Shown here piece after piece: positions 25,302-34,216 of a stretch of 64,000 bases of DNA (position 1 is the stretch's first letter; every line of letters starts with the position of its first letter). The translations under genes were made by a program, and so were the position numbers. The notes under the pieces were generated by a model, which was not told the origin of the DNA, did not search any database, and saw only the letters and a list, made by a program, of their open reading frames with translations. This stretch comes from Candidatus Latescibacterota bacterium (GTDB lineage: Bacteria; Latescibacterota; UBA2968): NCBI GenBank assembly GCA_965198115.1, contig OZ240241.1, forward strand, positions 480,001-544,000, read 5' to 3'.

Positions 25302-26486
25302 TTACTTCTTCCTTCTCCCCCCCTTGCTGCTGCTCACGATGGCAAAAGTGTCCTCCGCAATTAGCCTTTCTTCATCGGTTGGGATCACGAGCACTTCGAC
25401 CGTCGCCCGATCCGCAGCGATTCGGCCTTCCTTTCCGACATATTGACGGTTCCTCTCAGCATTCAGCGCCACCCCGAGTGCATCCAATCCTTCGACGATT
25501 CTCTCTCGCATCCGCCAGGCGTGTTCGCCAATCCCGCCGGTGAATACGACTGCGTCGATCCAACCCAATACGGCCGTGTAGGCACCGATGTATTTCTTGA
25601 TGCGGTAGGCAAAGAGCTCGAGGGCCACGACTGCCCGTGGGTCCCCTCGATCTGCCGCCGCCTCGACTTCACGCAGGTCGTTCGAGAGTCCCGTGAGCCC
25701 TAGCAGTCCGCTCTCTCGATTGAGGAGACGGTCGACCTCGCTGGGTGTCATCCCCAACTTTTCCTGGATGTGGAGTACGACGCCCGCATCGATGTCACCA
25801 CTTCGCGTGCCCATCGCGACTCCTTCGAGCGGCGTTAGGCCCATCGATACATCGATCGATTCACCGTTTCGAATCGCGGCGATCGAACACCCGTTACCAA
25901 GGTGGCACGTGATGCCGGTGAAAGTGTCTTTGTCGAGCAGCCGAGCGGCACGCTGTGAAACATACCGATGGGACGTTCCGTGGAAGCCGTATCGCCGAAT
26001 CCGGTGGGTCTTGTAGAGGTCGTAGGGAATCGCGTAGAGATACGCCTTCGGTGGAAGGGTCTGGTGGAACGCGGAATCGAAAACCGCGACGTGCTGCGCA
26101 TCGGGGAAGGCACGCCTGGCACCACGGATCCCCTCGAGGTTGGGTGGATTATGAAGGGGCGCCAGTGCGGCCAGTGTCTCGATGTCTCTTTCAACGTAGT
26201 CATCGACGATGACGGCATCGGCGTACAGGTCTCCCCCGTGCACGACCCGGTGGCCGACGGCTTCGACCGCCTCGTGGCCATCGCGTTCAAGCGCGCTTTC
26301 GACCTGTAGCAGCGCGCTCGCGTGATCGGGTACTTCGGAGCGCTGCGTCACGCCGCCGATCGTGACCTGGGCATCCGGTTCCCCGATGCGATCGACGCTG
26401 CCGCGGAGGAGGACGGATGCGTCGGGCATGTCGAACAGTTGGAACTTCAGAGATGACGATCCGGAGTTGAGGACTAGGAGGAGCAT
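25302..26486 (-). CDS. ackA: Acetate kinase
   Basis: VLNSGSSSLK, GHRVVHGG, LAPLHNP, RRYGFHGTSH, HLGNG, MGTRSGD, FTGGIGE, PTDEE. Confidence 0.97.
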   Translation of the reverse strand: MLLLVLNSGSSSLKFQLFDMPDASVLLRGSVDRIGEPDAQVTIGGVTQRSEVPDHASALLQVESALERDGHEAVEAVGHRVVHGGDLYADAVIVDDYVERDIETLAALAPLHNPPNLEGIRGARRAFPDAQHVAVFDSAFHQTLPPKAYLYAIPYDLYKTHRIRRYGFHGTSHRYVSQRAARLLDKDTFTGITCHLGNGCSIAAIRNGESIDVSMGLTPLEGVAMGTRSGDIDAGVVLHIQEKLGMTPSEVDRLLNRESGLLGLTGLSNDLREVEAAADRGDPRAVVALELFAYRIKKYIGAYTAVLGWIDAVVFTGGIGEHAWRMRERIVEGLDALGVALNAERNRQYVGKEGRIAADRATVEVLVIPTDEERLIAEDTFAIVSSSKGGRRKK

Positions 26487-26560
26487 GTGGACGGTGACGA
26501 CGGCTTCGCCCCATCAGTCGGTGGGCGGTCGGCGGTGGGCGGTCGGCTCAACAAGATGTT

Positions 26561-27304
26561 TTATTTTCGATGGTTGATTCTCGATGCTGCTGCTTCATCC
26601 AACAGAAACGTACAATCCGAATGTGATTGCAAATAGCTGGCTGGACACGAAGAGTCGACAGGGGTCTCGAGCGCTCGGCAAACAGCGTCGGCTTTGTGCG
26701 AACCCGTGGCGATGAGGAGGATCCGTCGTCCTTCGAGAATGGTCGCAACGCCCGCGGTGAGGGCTTCACGAGGTACGTCATCGGGTCGATCGAAAAAGCG
26801 GCTGTTGGCTTCGATCGTTTCTTTCGCCAGTCTGATCTTTCGCATACGGGAATCAAGCGAGCTTCCCGGCTCGTTGAAGGCGATGTGCCCGTTGATGCCG
26901 ATACCCATCAGCCAGAGGTCTGCCCCGCCCGTGTTGCGGATACCCTGCTCGAATCGTTCACATTCGAAATCGAGGCTGTCGGCGCATCCGTCCGGTAGGT
27001 GGGTCTGGGTGATCGGGACGTCGATGTGATCGAAAAAGCGATGGTCCATGTAGAACCGGTAGCTTTGTTTGTGGCTCCCGCAGAGTCCCACGTATTCGTC
27101 GAGGTTGAACGTCGTGACGTTGGCGAAGGAGAGACCCTCCTCGCGATGCATCTGGACGAGCCGTTGGTATGTCTCAATGGGGCTCGATCCCGTTGAGAGG
27201 CCGAGCACGCAGTCGGGTTTCTCCCGGACGAGACTGGCTACGATTCCAGCGGTTGCGTCGGCGACATCGGAAGGCGATCGGCATATCTGAACGGTAATAG
27301 GCAT
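26561..27304 (-). CDS. nagB: Glucosamine-6-phosphate deaminase
   Basis: VLGLSTGSSP, TFNLDEYVGL, GIGINGHIAFNEPG, ANSRFF. Confidence 0.95.
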   Translation of the reverse strand: MPITVQICRSPSDVADATAGIVASLVREKPDCVLGLSTGSSPIETYQRLVQMHREEGLSFANVTTFNLDEYVGLCGSHKQSYRFYMDHRFFDHIDVPITQTHLPDGCADSLDFECERFEQGIRNTGGADLWLMGIGINGHIAFNEPGSSLDSRMRKIRLAKETIEANSRFFDRPDDVPREALTAGVATILEGRRILLIATGSHKADAVCRALETPVDSSCPASYLQSHSDCTFLLDEAAASRINHRK

Positions 27305-27322
27305 CGAGCGTCGGTTGATGAT

Positions 27323-28867
27323 TTACTTCCTGCGGACGACGCGGCCGGACATCGTGCCGGTCGGCGTTCCCCCGGCGATAACGGACTCGCCGTTGACGAT
27401 GACGTCGTCGATGCCGACAGGGGGCTGGTTGGGGTCTTCGAACGTGGATTGCGCGGCAACTGTGTTGGGATCGAATACGACGAGGTCTGCAGCCAGGCCT
27501 TTTGCGATGCGCCCACGATCCGGAATGCGGAAACGGTCGGCCGGAAAGGCGCTCATCCGGTAAACGGCATCGTGGAGAGACATGATACCACGGTCTCTAA
27601 CGAATTCGCCCAGGACGCGCGCGAAGCAACCGGTTCCACGTGGATGAGGGTGAGGGATGTTGTAGAGGCCGTCGCTTGCGACCATCATCCGCGGATGCCG
27701 GGCCGTCGCTTCGATTGCGGCCCTCGCTTCGTCCTCAGGAACCTGCCAGGGAAAAACGAATGCCTGTAGTCCGTCCTCTTCGAGCAGGAGGTCGTATGCG
27801 AATTCCTCAGGTGGCTTTCCCGCTTCATCCGACAGTTCGCCAAGACGCCTCCCCGTGTGGCGACCCGACCGCGTGAGCCCGCAGATCTGGTTCGCACTGC
27901 CGAGACGTTCTTTCAAGCCCGGTAGAGAAGCCTCGCGTACGGAGGGATCGCGTAGCCGCTCCAAGACCTCTTCCGGACTTCCGTGCTGATACTTCATCGG
28001 AAGCATCATGGTCATGTGCGTCATTCCGGCGGCATACATGTAGGATTCGAAGGTGAGGTCGATATCATCCTTGTCGACTTCCTCGAGCAGGGGCCCCGTG
28101 AGGTCGTCGACGCGTGAATGGGAAATGTGGACGGGGATGTCTGCTGCACGGGACAGGTCGAACGTCTCACGCCATGCCATTTCCGGCCCGAGGATCTGAA
28201 ATCGGATGTGGGCAGCGTAGATCCCGTCGTATTCGGCAGCTACCTTACAGAGGGCGACAAGCTCGCGAAAGTCGGCATTCGCGCTCGGCTGGTAGTCGAG
28301 CCCGAGATTGAGGGCACACGCGCCGGCTTCCATCCACTCGCGCGTCAGGACTTCCATCTGACGGAGTTCGTCGTCCGTGGCGATGCGGGCGTCCCAGCCC
28401 ATCACTTCGGCCCTCACGACACAATGGGGGACTTGCGAGACCACGTTGGATGGCGTCTTTCGCTCGTAGAGGGCGAGGTAGTCTTCGATGGACTCCCAGG
28501 GGGGGGCGACGTCGACGATGCCGTAGGCAAAGAGCGTGTAGTCCCACATTTCCCGTGCGAGCTGACCCGTCAGCCTCGCCCACCCAAAGCCGTCGGGCGC
28601 CAGCAATTGCGTCGTCACGCCCTGCGCTACCTCGCCATACTGGTCGGGCGTTCCGAGGAGTGCGATTTCGCCGTGGACGTGGACGTCGATGAAGCCGGGT
28701 GAGACGACACGGCCTGAAGCGTCGATCTCACTGTCAGCTGTCGCCTGTGCGAGGTCGTCGACCGCTTCTATGTGCTCGTCTTTGACGCCGACATCCGCGC
28801 GGAACGGCTCACGCTGGCCCGAGCCGTCTACGACGAGACCGTTCCGTATGATGAGATCGAAATTCAT
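27323..28867 (-). CDS. N-acyl-D-amino-acid deacylase family amidohydrolase
   Basis: VDGSG, PGFIDVHVH, YAAHIR, HISH, ASDG, PHPRGTGCFARVLG, ADLVVFDP. Confidence 0.9.
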   Translation of the reverse strand: MNFDLIIRNGLVVDGSGQREPFRADVGVKDEHIEAVDDLAQATADSEIDASGRVVSPGFIDVHVHGEIALLGTPDQYGEVAQGVTTQLLAPDGFGWARLTGQLAREMWDYTLFAYGIVDVAPPWESIEDYLALYERKTPSNVVSQVPHCVVRAEVMGWDARIATDDELRQMEVLTREWMEAGACALNLGLDYQPSANADFRELVALCKVAAEYDGIYAAHIRFQILGPEMAWRETFDLSRAADIPVHISHSRVDDLTGPLLEEVDKDDIDLTFESYMYAAGMTHMTMMLPMKYQHGSPEEVLERLRDPSVREASLPGLKERLGSANQICGLTRSGRHTGRRLGELSDEAGKPPEEFAYDLLLEEDGLQAFVFPWQVPEDEARAAIEATARHPRMMVASDGLYNIPHPHPRGTGCFARVLGEFVRDRGIMSLHDAVYRMSAFPADRFRIPDRGRIAKGLAADLVVFDPNTVAAQSTFEDPNQPPVGIDDVIVNGESVIAGGTPTGTMSGRVVRRK

Positions 28868-28902
28868 GGTTTCAGTGCACTTAATAGGGAATTCAAAGTC
28901 AC

Positions 28903-28954
28903 CGTCACGTCGAGCGTCCTTCGACTCCGCTCAGGGCAGGCTCAGTCGAGACGT
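28903..28954 (+). repeat. CGTC-tagged REP-like hairpin A with nested insert
   Basis: cgtcacgtcgagcg[tccttcgactccgctcagggcaggct]cagtcgagacgt. Confidence 0.7.
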
Positions 28955-30649
28955 CGGTCCTTATGGGTCCACAGTCTTTTACTGGTCGTCTCGTTTTGAC
29001 ACTGAGCCAGGCTCGTTAGTGTCTCCCAGTCACCTGCGATGAGGGCGAGTTTCTTCTGCCTGGACCAACGCTTTACGATTTTCTCCGCTTCGATCGAGTT
29101 CAGGTCAATAGGTGTGTAAAAGAAATCAGGCGGCCATCTTCCCGGCTTCGACCTGCGGTCCGGTTGAGTGTTTCTGATCGTAGACTTGTTGTAGCAAGTG
29201 TGGCGCGGTGAGTTTCCTGAATCGGCTCTCTGCGACCTTGAGCGTACGCCAGATGAGAGCCGTGGCGTTCCTGACTTTCTTGAATCGCCTGGCGGCGTTT
29301 GTGCGAAGCCGAACGGAAGCAAAGGGGCTCTCGACGACGTTCGTGGTTCTCAGGTGTTTCCAGTGTTCCTTCGGGAAGTCGTAGAACGTGACCATCCGAT
29401 CCCAGTTTCTTTCGAGCGTCTCCACGGCGGCAGGGAACTGTGAGCGATACCGTGCGGCAAAGCGTTTCCGGAGCTTCTCGGCCTCCTTTTTCGTGCCGGC
29501 ATAGGGGATCTGGACGAGCAGTGCGCGGGCTTCAGCCTGTGCACGCTTGGCGACCTTGTCGAGCACGTTGAGGATCTTGTGGTTCCAGCACCGTTGTTGC
29601 CGGCTCTCTGGCCAGACCTGATCAACGGCCGCCCAGATGCCCATATTCCCGTCCGCGGCGATCAGGACAGGATGTTCGAGCCCGCGATCCCGGAGATCCC
29701 GTAGCACCGTGAGCCAGGATTCTGTAGACTCTCGATAACCGGGTTCTATCGCCAGGATCTCCTTGCTGCCGTCGCTCATCGCGCCGATCACGACCAGCAG
29801 ACACGCCTTCTCGCGCTCGAGCCCGGCTTTGACGTAGATGCCATCAGCCCAGGCGTAGACCAGTTCGCGATTATCCAGACGCCTTTCTTTCCAGTCCTGG
29901 AAGTCGACCTCCCACTTCCCTCGAAGACGAGCGATCGAGGTCGGCGAAAGCGGCGCGCCATCACCGAGCAGCGCACGCAAAGACAACTCGAAGTCGCCCT
30001 GGGAGAGACCGTGGAGATAAAGGTCGGGAAGCAGATCTCCAATGGCCCTGGTTCTCCGGGCGAACAGGGGGAGGATGCGGCTTTCAAACCGCTCTTCCAG
30101 ACCACGAACCCGGGGACGCCGGACCTTGATCGTTCCGCAGCTCGTCGAGAGACGCCGGGGCTTGCCGTAGCCGTTCCTGTAGCCCGTGGAGCTATCGACC
30201 TCGGCTCGGCGCTCATACCACGACCGGCCCAAGAACGCGGTCGCCTCCTCCTCCAGAATGGCTGGAACCGGCCCTGGATCTCTTCACGGATCCAATCGTC
30301 AACCGTCTCCCACGTCGGCATGGACTTCAATGGGACTCTATGCGTATGTTCCTTCACGGCGATCCTCCTTCCCAACCGGGCCTCTCACCCGGTTTTGTGT
30401 GAATCAACTATCTCACGGGAAGTGTAGGGTCGCCCTTTCTCTTTTTCCACACCTTTTGATTATAGCTCCTTCGATCGCCGAAATAGCGGAAGGGAACCGT
30501 TCGGCGAAGGCAAGACAGACCGGCCGACGCCGGTAGGTGTAGCTTTTGGCATCAATCCCTTCGTTGTGTTCTGCAACACGACGATCGACGTCCTTCGTGA
30601 CACCTGTGTAGAGGTTTCCATCTGCACATCTGACGATGTAGAGGAACAT
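28942..30649 (-). pseudogene. Small GIY-YIG nuclease interrupted by IS256
   Basis: MFLYIVRCADGNLYTGVT..RRVAEHN..RRRPV..AIE|AEKIVKRWSRQKKLALI rejoins across the TSD. Confidence 0.9.
29096..30468 (-). mobile_element. IS256 type B, copy 2 (1-bp deletion ~30260)
   Basis: Near-identical to 13592-14965; 8-bp TSD cttcgatc. Confidence 0.95.
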
Positions 30650-30668
30650 TGGATGTCCTCGCTGGGCG

Positions 30669-30695
30669 AGTTCTCGACTCGCGCTCGAACTGACG
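30669..30695 (-). repeat. CGTC-tagged REP-like hairpin B (no insert)
   Basis: Reverse strand reads cgtcagttcgagcgcgagtcgagaact. Confidence 0.7.
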
Positions 30696-30721
30696 CCACT
30701 ATCGGTTTACGTCAGTTATCA

Positions 30722-31714
30722 CTACGCCAACCCTTCTATCAATCCCCTCATGTGACCGATAGCGTAGGACCAATACTGGCGCGTGTTGTCATCGCCGGTG
30801 ATGTGCATCGCGTGGTCGGGATGGATGGGGCCGTCGTAATTGGACTCCTTGAGTGCCCTCATGCACTCGAACATCTTCTCGTTGCCGTCATCGGGGAAGG
30901 ATTCGCAGAAATCGTTTGTTACGCCGCTGATGTTTCGGAAGTCGATGAGGAAGATCTTCTTCTGCTCCGCGAAGTGACGAATCCACTTGGGCACGTCGAC
31001 GCCCATTTCTGAAAAGCAGCCCGTGCAGAACTTCAGACCGTTGTAGTCACTCGGAACCGTGTCGATCGCGCGCTGGAAGGCTTCGGGCTCGCGCATGATG
31101 CGGGCGACGCCGGCGATTTCGGGCACGGGAGGATCGTCTGGATGCAGCGCGAGACGGACGCCGGATTCTTCGGCGACGGGAACGACGGCCTTTAGCATGT
31201 ATTCGAGGTTGTCCCACATCTGATCGTCGGTGATGGGCTTGCGATGGCTTTCGGGGATGAGCGAGTCATCGATGCCGGGACTGGTCATCAAAGGGGCATC
31301 CTTGACACGCTCGGCCTCGAACGAGGAGCCGAGGGCGCCGCCCCGTGAGGGACGTCCGTTGTTTGTTCGGTAGAAGCGGATGGCGTGCATGTTGTAAACG
31401 AGAAAGTCCAGACCCGCGGCGCCCATGTTTCGGAGGGTCGTCTGCAAGTTCTCGATTTGCTCATCACGTCCGGGAAGACCGAGCATCCATTTGAAGCACA
31501 TGGGCCACGGCAGGAGCGAAGTGCCTTCGCACTTGAGGCCTTGATTCTCGATCTGCGATTTCATGTTCATCAGGACCGGATATTCGTAATAGCCCTTTTC
31601 CGGGTCGACGGGTGGGCCGATCACCACGCCCTCTACGCCGATCTGCTTCATCCAGATGAGCTGTTCGTTGACGTCCTGGCCTCTTCCTCGTCCCATTCCG
31701 AGTACTGGTCTCAT
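30722..31714 (-). CDS. uxuA: Mannonate dehydratase family protein
   Basis: LGLPGRDEQIEN, MWDNLEYMLKAVVPVAEE.GVRLALHPDDPP, FCTGC, HPDH. Confidence 0.8.
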   Translation of the reverse strand: MRPVLGMGRGRGQDVNEQLIWMKQIGVEGVVIGPPVDPEKGYYEYPVLMNMKSQIENQGLKCEGTSLLPWPMCFKWMLGLPGRDEQIENLQTTLRNMGAAGLDFLVYNMHAIRFYRTNNGRPSRGGALGSSFEAERVKDAPLMTSPGIDDSLIPESHRKPITDDQMWDNLEYMLKAVVPVAEESGVRLALHPDDPPVPEIAGVARIMREPEAFQRAIDTVPSDYNGLKFCTGCFSEMGVDVPKWIRHFAEQKKIFLIDFRNISGVTNDFCESFPDDGNEKMFECMRALKESNYDGPIHPDHAMHITGDDNTRQYWSYAIGHMRGLIEGLA

Positions 31715-31743
31715 CCGTTAGCCTCCATCACGATTGGCATAGT

Positions 31744-31811
31744 GGCGTGTTCTCGCTCCTGCCTTCGCGCCGGAGGCGCTTCGGCGAGGCAGGCGTGCTC
31801 GAACTGACGCC
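31744..31811 (-). repeat. CGTC-tagged REP-like hairpin C with nested insert
   Basis: Reverse strand ggcgtcagttcgagcac[gcctgcctcgccgaagcgcctccggcgcgaaggcagg]agcgagaacacgcc. Confidence 0.7.
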
Positions 31812-31865
31812 TGATGACAGCTTCAAGTCTTCGTTGGGGCCTATTTGCGACCGACATTCGATGAA

Positions 31866-32938
31866 TCAATAGATGCGCTGGATGACGTGCCATCCGACGG
31901 GCGTCTGTACGGGTCCCCCGACGCCGCCTGGAGGCAATTCCTTCACTTTTGCTTCGAACGCGGGCAGCAGATCGCCGGGCTCAAACGCTCCAATGTCTCC
32001 ACCACCCGGGCCAGAAGGATCGGTTGAATGGATTCGTGCCAGCTCAGAGAAGTCTTCTCCCGATTGAACCTTCTGGATGAGGGAACGCGCCAATTCTTCG
32101 CTCTGGACAACGATATGCTGGGCACGCATCTCTCCGGCTGCGCGACGGCGATCCCGATCGTCCCGCATGGCGGTCACTTCAGCGAGTCCACCTCGCACGA
32201 GTTTCGAGGTGGGCGCCAGTAGGGCCGCTTGCTCAAGATGATGGATCGCCCGGTCCAGATCACCCGTCTCTACATAGACGGTAGCGATGCCTGTGTGGGC
32301 ATCCGTCATATCCGATTTCAACGATAGGGCTTTGGAATACGCGGCTAGGGCTTCTCCAGACCGCCCCATCTTGAATCGAGCGCGTCCTACGTTGACCCAG
32401 CGGTGACGAAGGACGAGTCGATGGCCGTCGACTGTTCGAAGTGCGTGAGGGCTGCCGCGATCCGTCCACCGCGTTCCAGCAACGATCCGAGGTTGTTATG
32501 GGACTGCTCGTGTCGCGGGTCGTGACGCACTGCTCGCTCGTAGGCGGCCTGTGCACTGTCGAAAGCCCCCGTCCCGAAGAATAGAACACCTAGGTTGTAG
32601 TGCGCCTCGGCGAACGTCGAATCAGCACGAATGGCCGCACGGTAATGTGTCAAGGCACTGTCGACTCTTCCCATCCGGATGTGAAGGAAGCCGATGTTGT
32701 GCAACGTCTTCACGTCCGTCGAATCCAGCGCCAGCACCTTTCGGTATTCACGGATCGCCTCCTCGAACCGCCCGGCGGCCTGATGCGCATCCGCTTCCTC
32801 TTTGTGAATGCGTATCGCCCGTTCCTGACACGCGAAAAGGGCGAGCAAGCATAGGAGGAGGAATGCATTTCCTGACCATAGCCTCCGTGAAGAGTGACGC
32901 TCCACTCGATGATTCCTGATGCGATGCTCGATCTTCAC
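31866..32938 (-). CDS. TPR lipoprotein with C-terminal PpiC/parvulin PPIase (frameshift ~32395)
   Basis: LFAC lipobox, TPR repeats, RAQHIVV, GEDFSELAR.HSTDPS..GGDIG, GWHVI; split over two frames. Confidence 0.8.
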
Positions 32939-32947
32939 GTTTCGATC

Positions 32948-34084
32948 TCAGGCGCCCACTTCGGCCGCCACTCGCGGCCGTCGTAACTTCCAGATCATGC
33001 CGTCGTAGACGAAGTGCATGAACGATGTGCTGTAGATGAACAGGAAATACAAATAGGGTGAGATCGAGTGCAGTATCTCGTGGAACACGAACATCACAGC
33101 GATAAGCAGAATCGTGTAAGCGACGATATGGCGGGCGGGGAGAGAGAGCAGTGGAACATCTGTCTTGTGATCCCTGGATTTGCTTTGGAGGGCAAGCCCA
33201 CAGATGGCGAAGTATTCGAAGGCGTGACTGAAGCTAGTTGCGATGAGAAACGCCGTTCCCGATGCGATAGGGCCATAGCCGTACATGACTACCACGCCTG
33301 CAGTGAACAGGATTTTAGGCAGACTTGGGCCATTGGGAGAACAGAACTCGTGAACGAACCAGACCAGTGTCAGAATACCGAGGACAGCGTAGATGATGTT
33401 GACCACCATCGGCCCTGTCGCAGGATCGATCGCGAACCACCCGATGACCGCTCCTACGATGACGAATGCGGAACCAATCGTAACGATCGTCGACCGTCTC
33501 GATTCACCCGTCCACCCCCACAACTCGTCGATCGTCCAGAAGGCTCCTACGAGAATCACCATGCCATAGATCCAGACTGGATGGCTGGACAGGTAGAACA
33601 TGAGACGGCCTTCGACACCAGATTGCATCCCCAGCACGTGGATCATTCCGGCCGCGCCCCATCCGTAGACCACCACCTCGTCCAGCCTCTTGAGTCCCCA
33701 CCGGGTCTTACTCGAATAGATTCTGAGGAGCCCGTATTTCTGCTTCACGAAATGGAAATAGTTGAAAAAGGACCAGAACGTGAACATCTCCGGTTCTGCT
33801 ACCCGGAAGAAGTAGCAGAACCATACGCCTATGACGCAGATCACCGGCACGACAATGTAGGTTCGTCTCCGTCGTGCATATTCCGCGCGGTCCCCGTAGA
33901 CGAGTGGAAATGTGAAATATCGATGGGAGATGAAGAACGTTACTGCGACGAATTGCGCGCTGTCTTCGAGTTCTGGAACGAGCAGGGGCAGCAGGAAGAT
34001 CGCGACCCACCCGACGGAGAAGCAGGAGAGGTCGACGAGCGGACTGATGATCCATCGATTTTGGGGAACAGCGCTATCAGACAT
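32948..34084 (-). CDS. Uncharacterised polytopic membrane protein with His motifs
   Basis: About 10 hydrophobic segments; HRYFT, HFVKQKYG, HAFEY, HFVYDGMIW. Confidence 0.75.
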   Translation of the reverse strand: MSDSAVPQNRWIISPLVDLSCFSVGWVAIFLLPLLVPELEDSAQFVAVTFFISHRYFTFPLVYGDRAEYARRRRTYIVVPVICVIGVWFCYFFRVAEPEMFTFWSFFNYFHFVKQKYGLLRIYSSKTRWGLKRLDEVVVYGWGAAGMIHVLGMQSGVEGRLMFYLSSHPVWIYGMVILVGAFWTIDELWGWTGESRRSTIVTIGSAFVIVGAVIGWFAIDPATGPMVVNIIYAVLGILTLVWFVHEFCSPNGPSLPKILFTAGVVVMYGYGPIASGTAFLIATSFSHAFEYFAICGLALQSKSRDHKTDVPLLSLPARHIVAYTILLIAVMFVFHEILHSISPYLYFLFIYSTSFMHFVYDGMIWKLRRPRVAAEVGA

Positions 34085-34216
34085 ACAGGGCTCTTCGATT
34101 CAGAGTCATCGGGACACAGCACACAATGTAATCAGATCAACGCACTCTCCCAACAGGGAGACGCCTGTTCTCCCCGTCCGTGCTTGCTCGGGTCTCATTC
34201 TTGTGGACACAATCAC

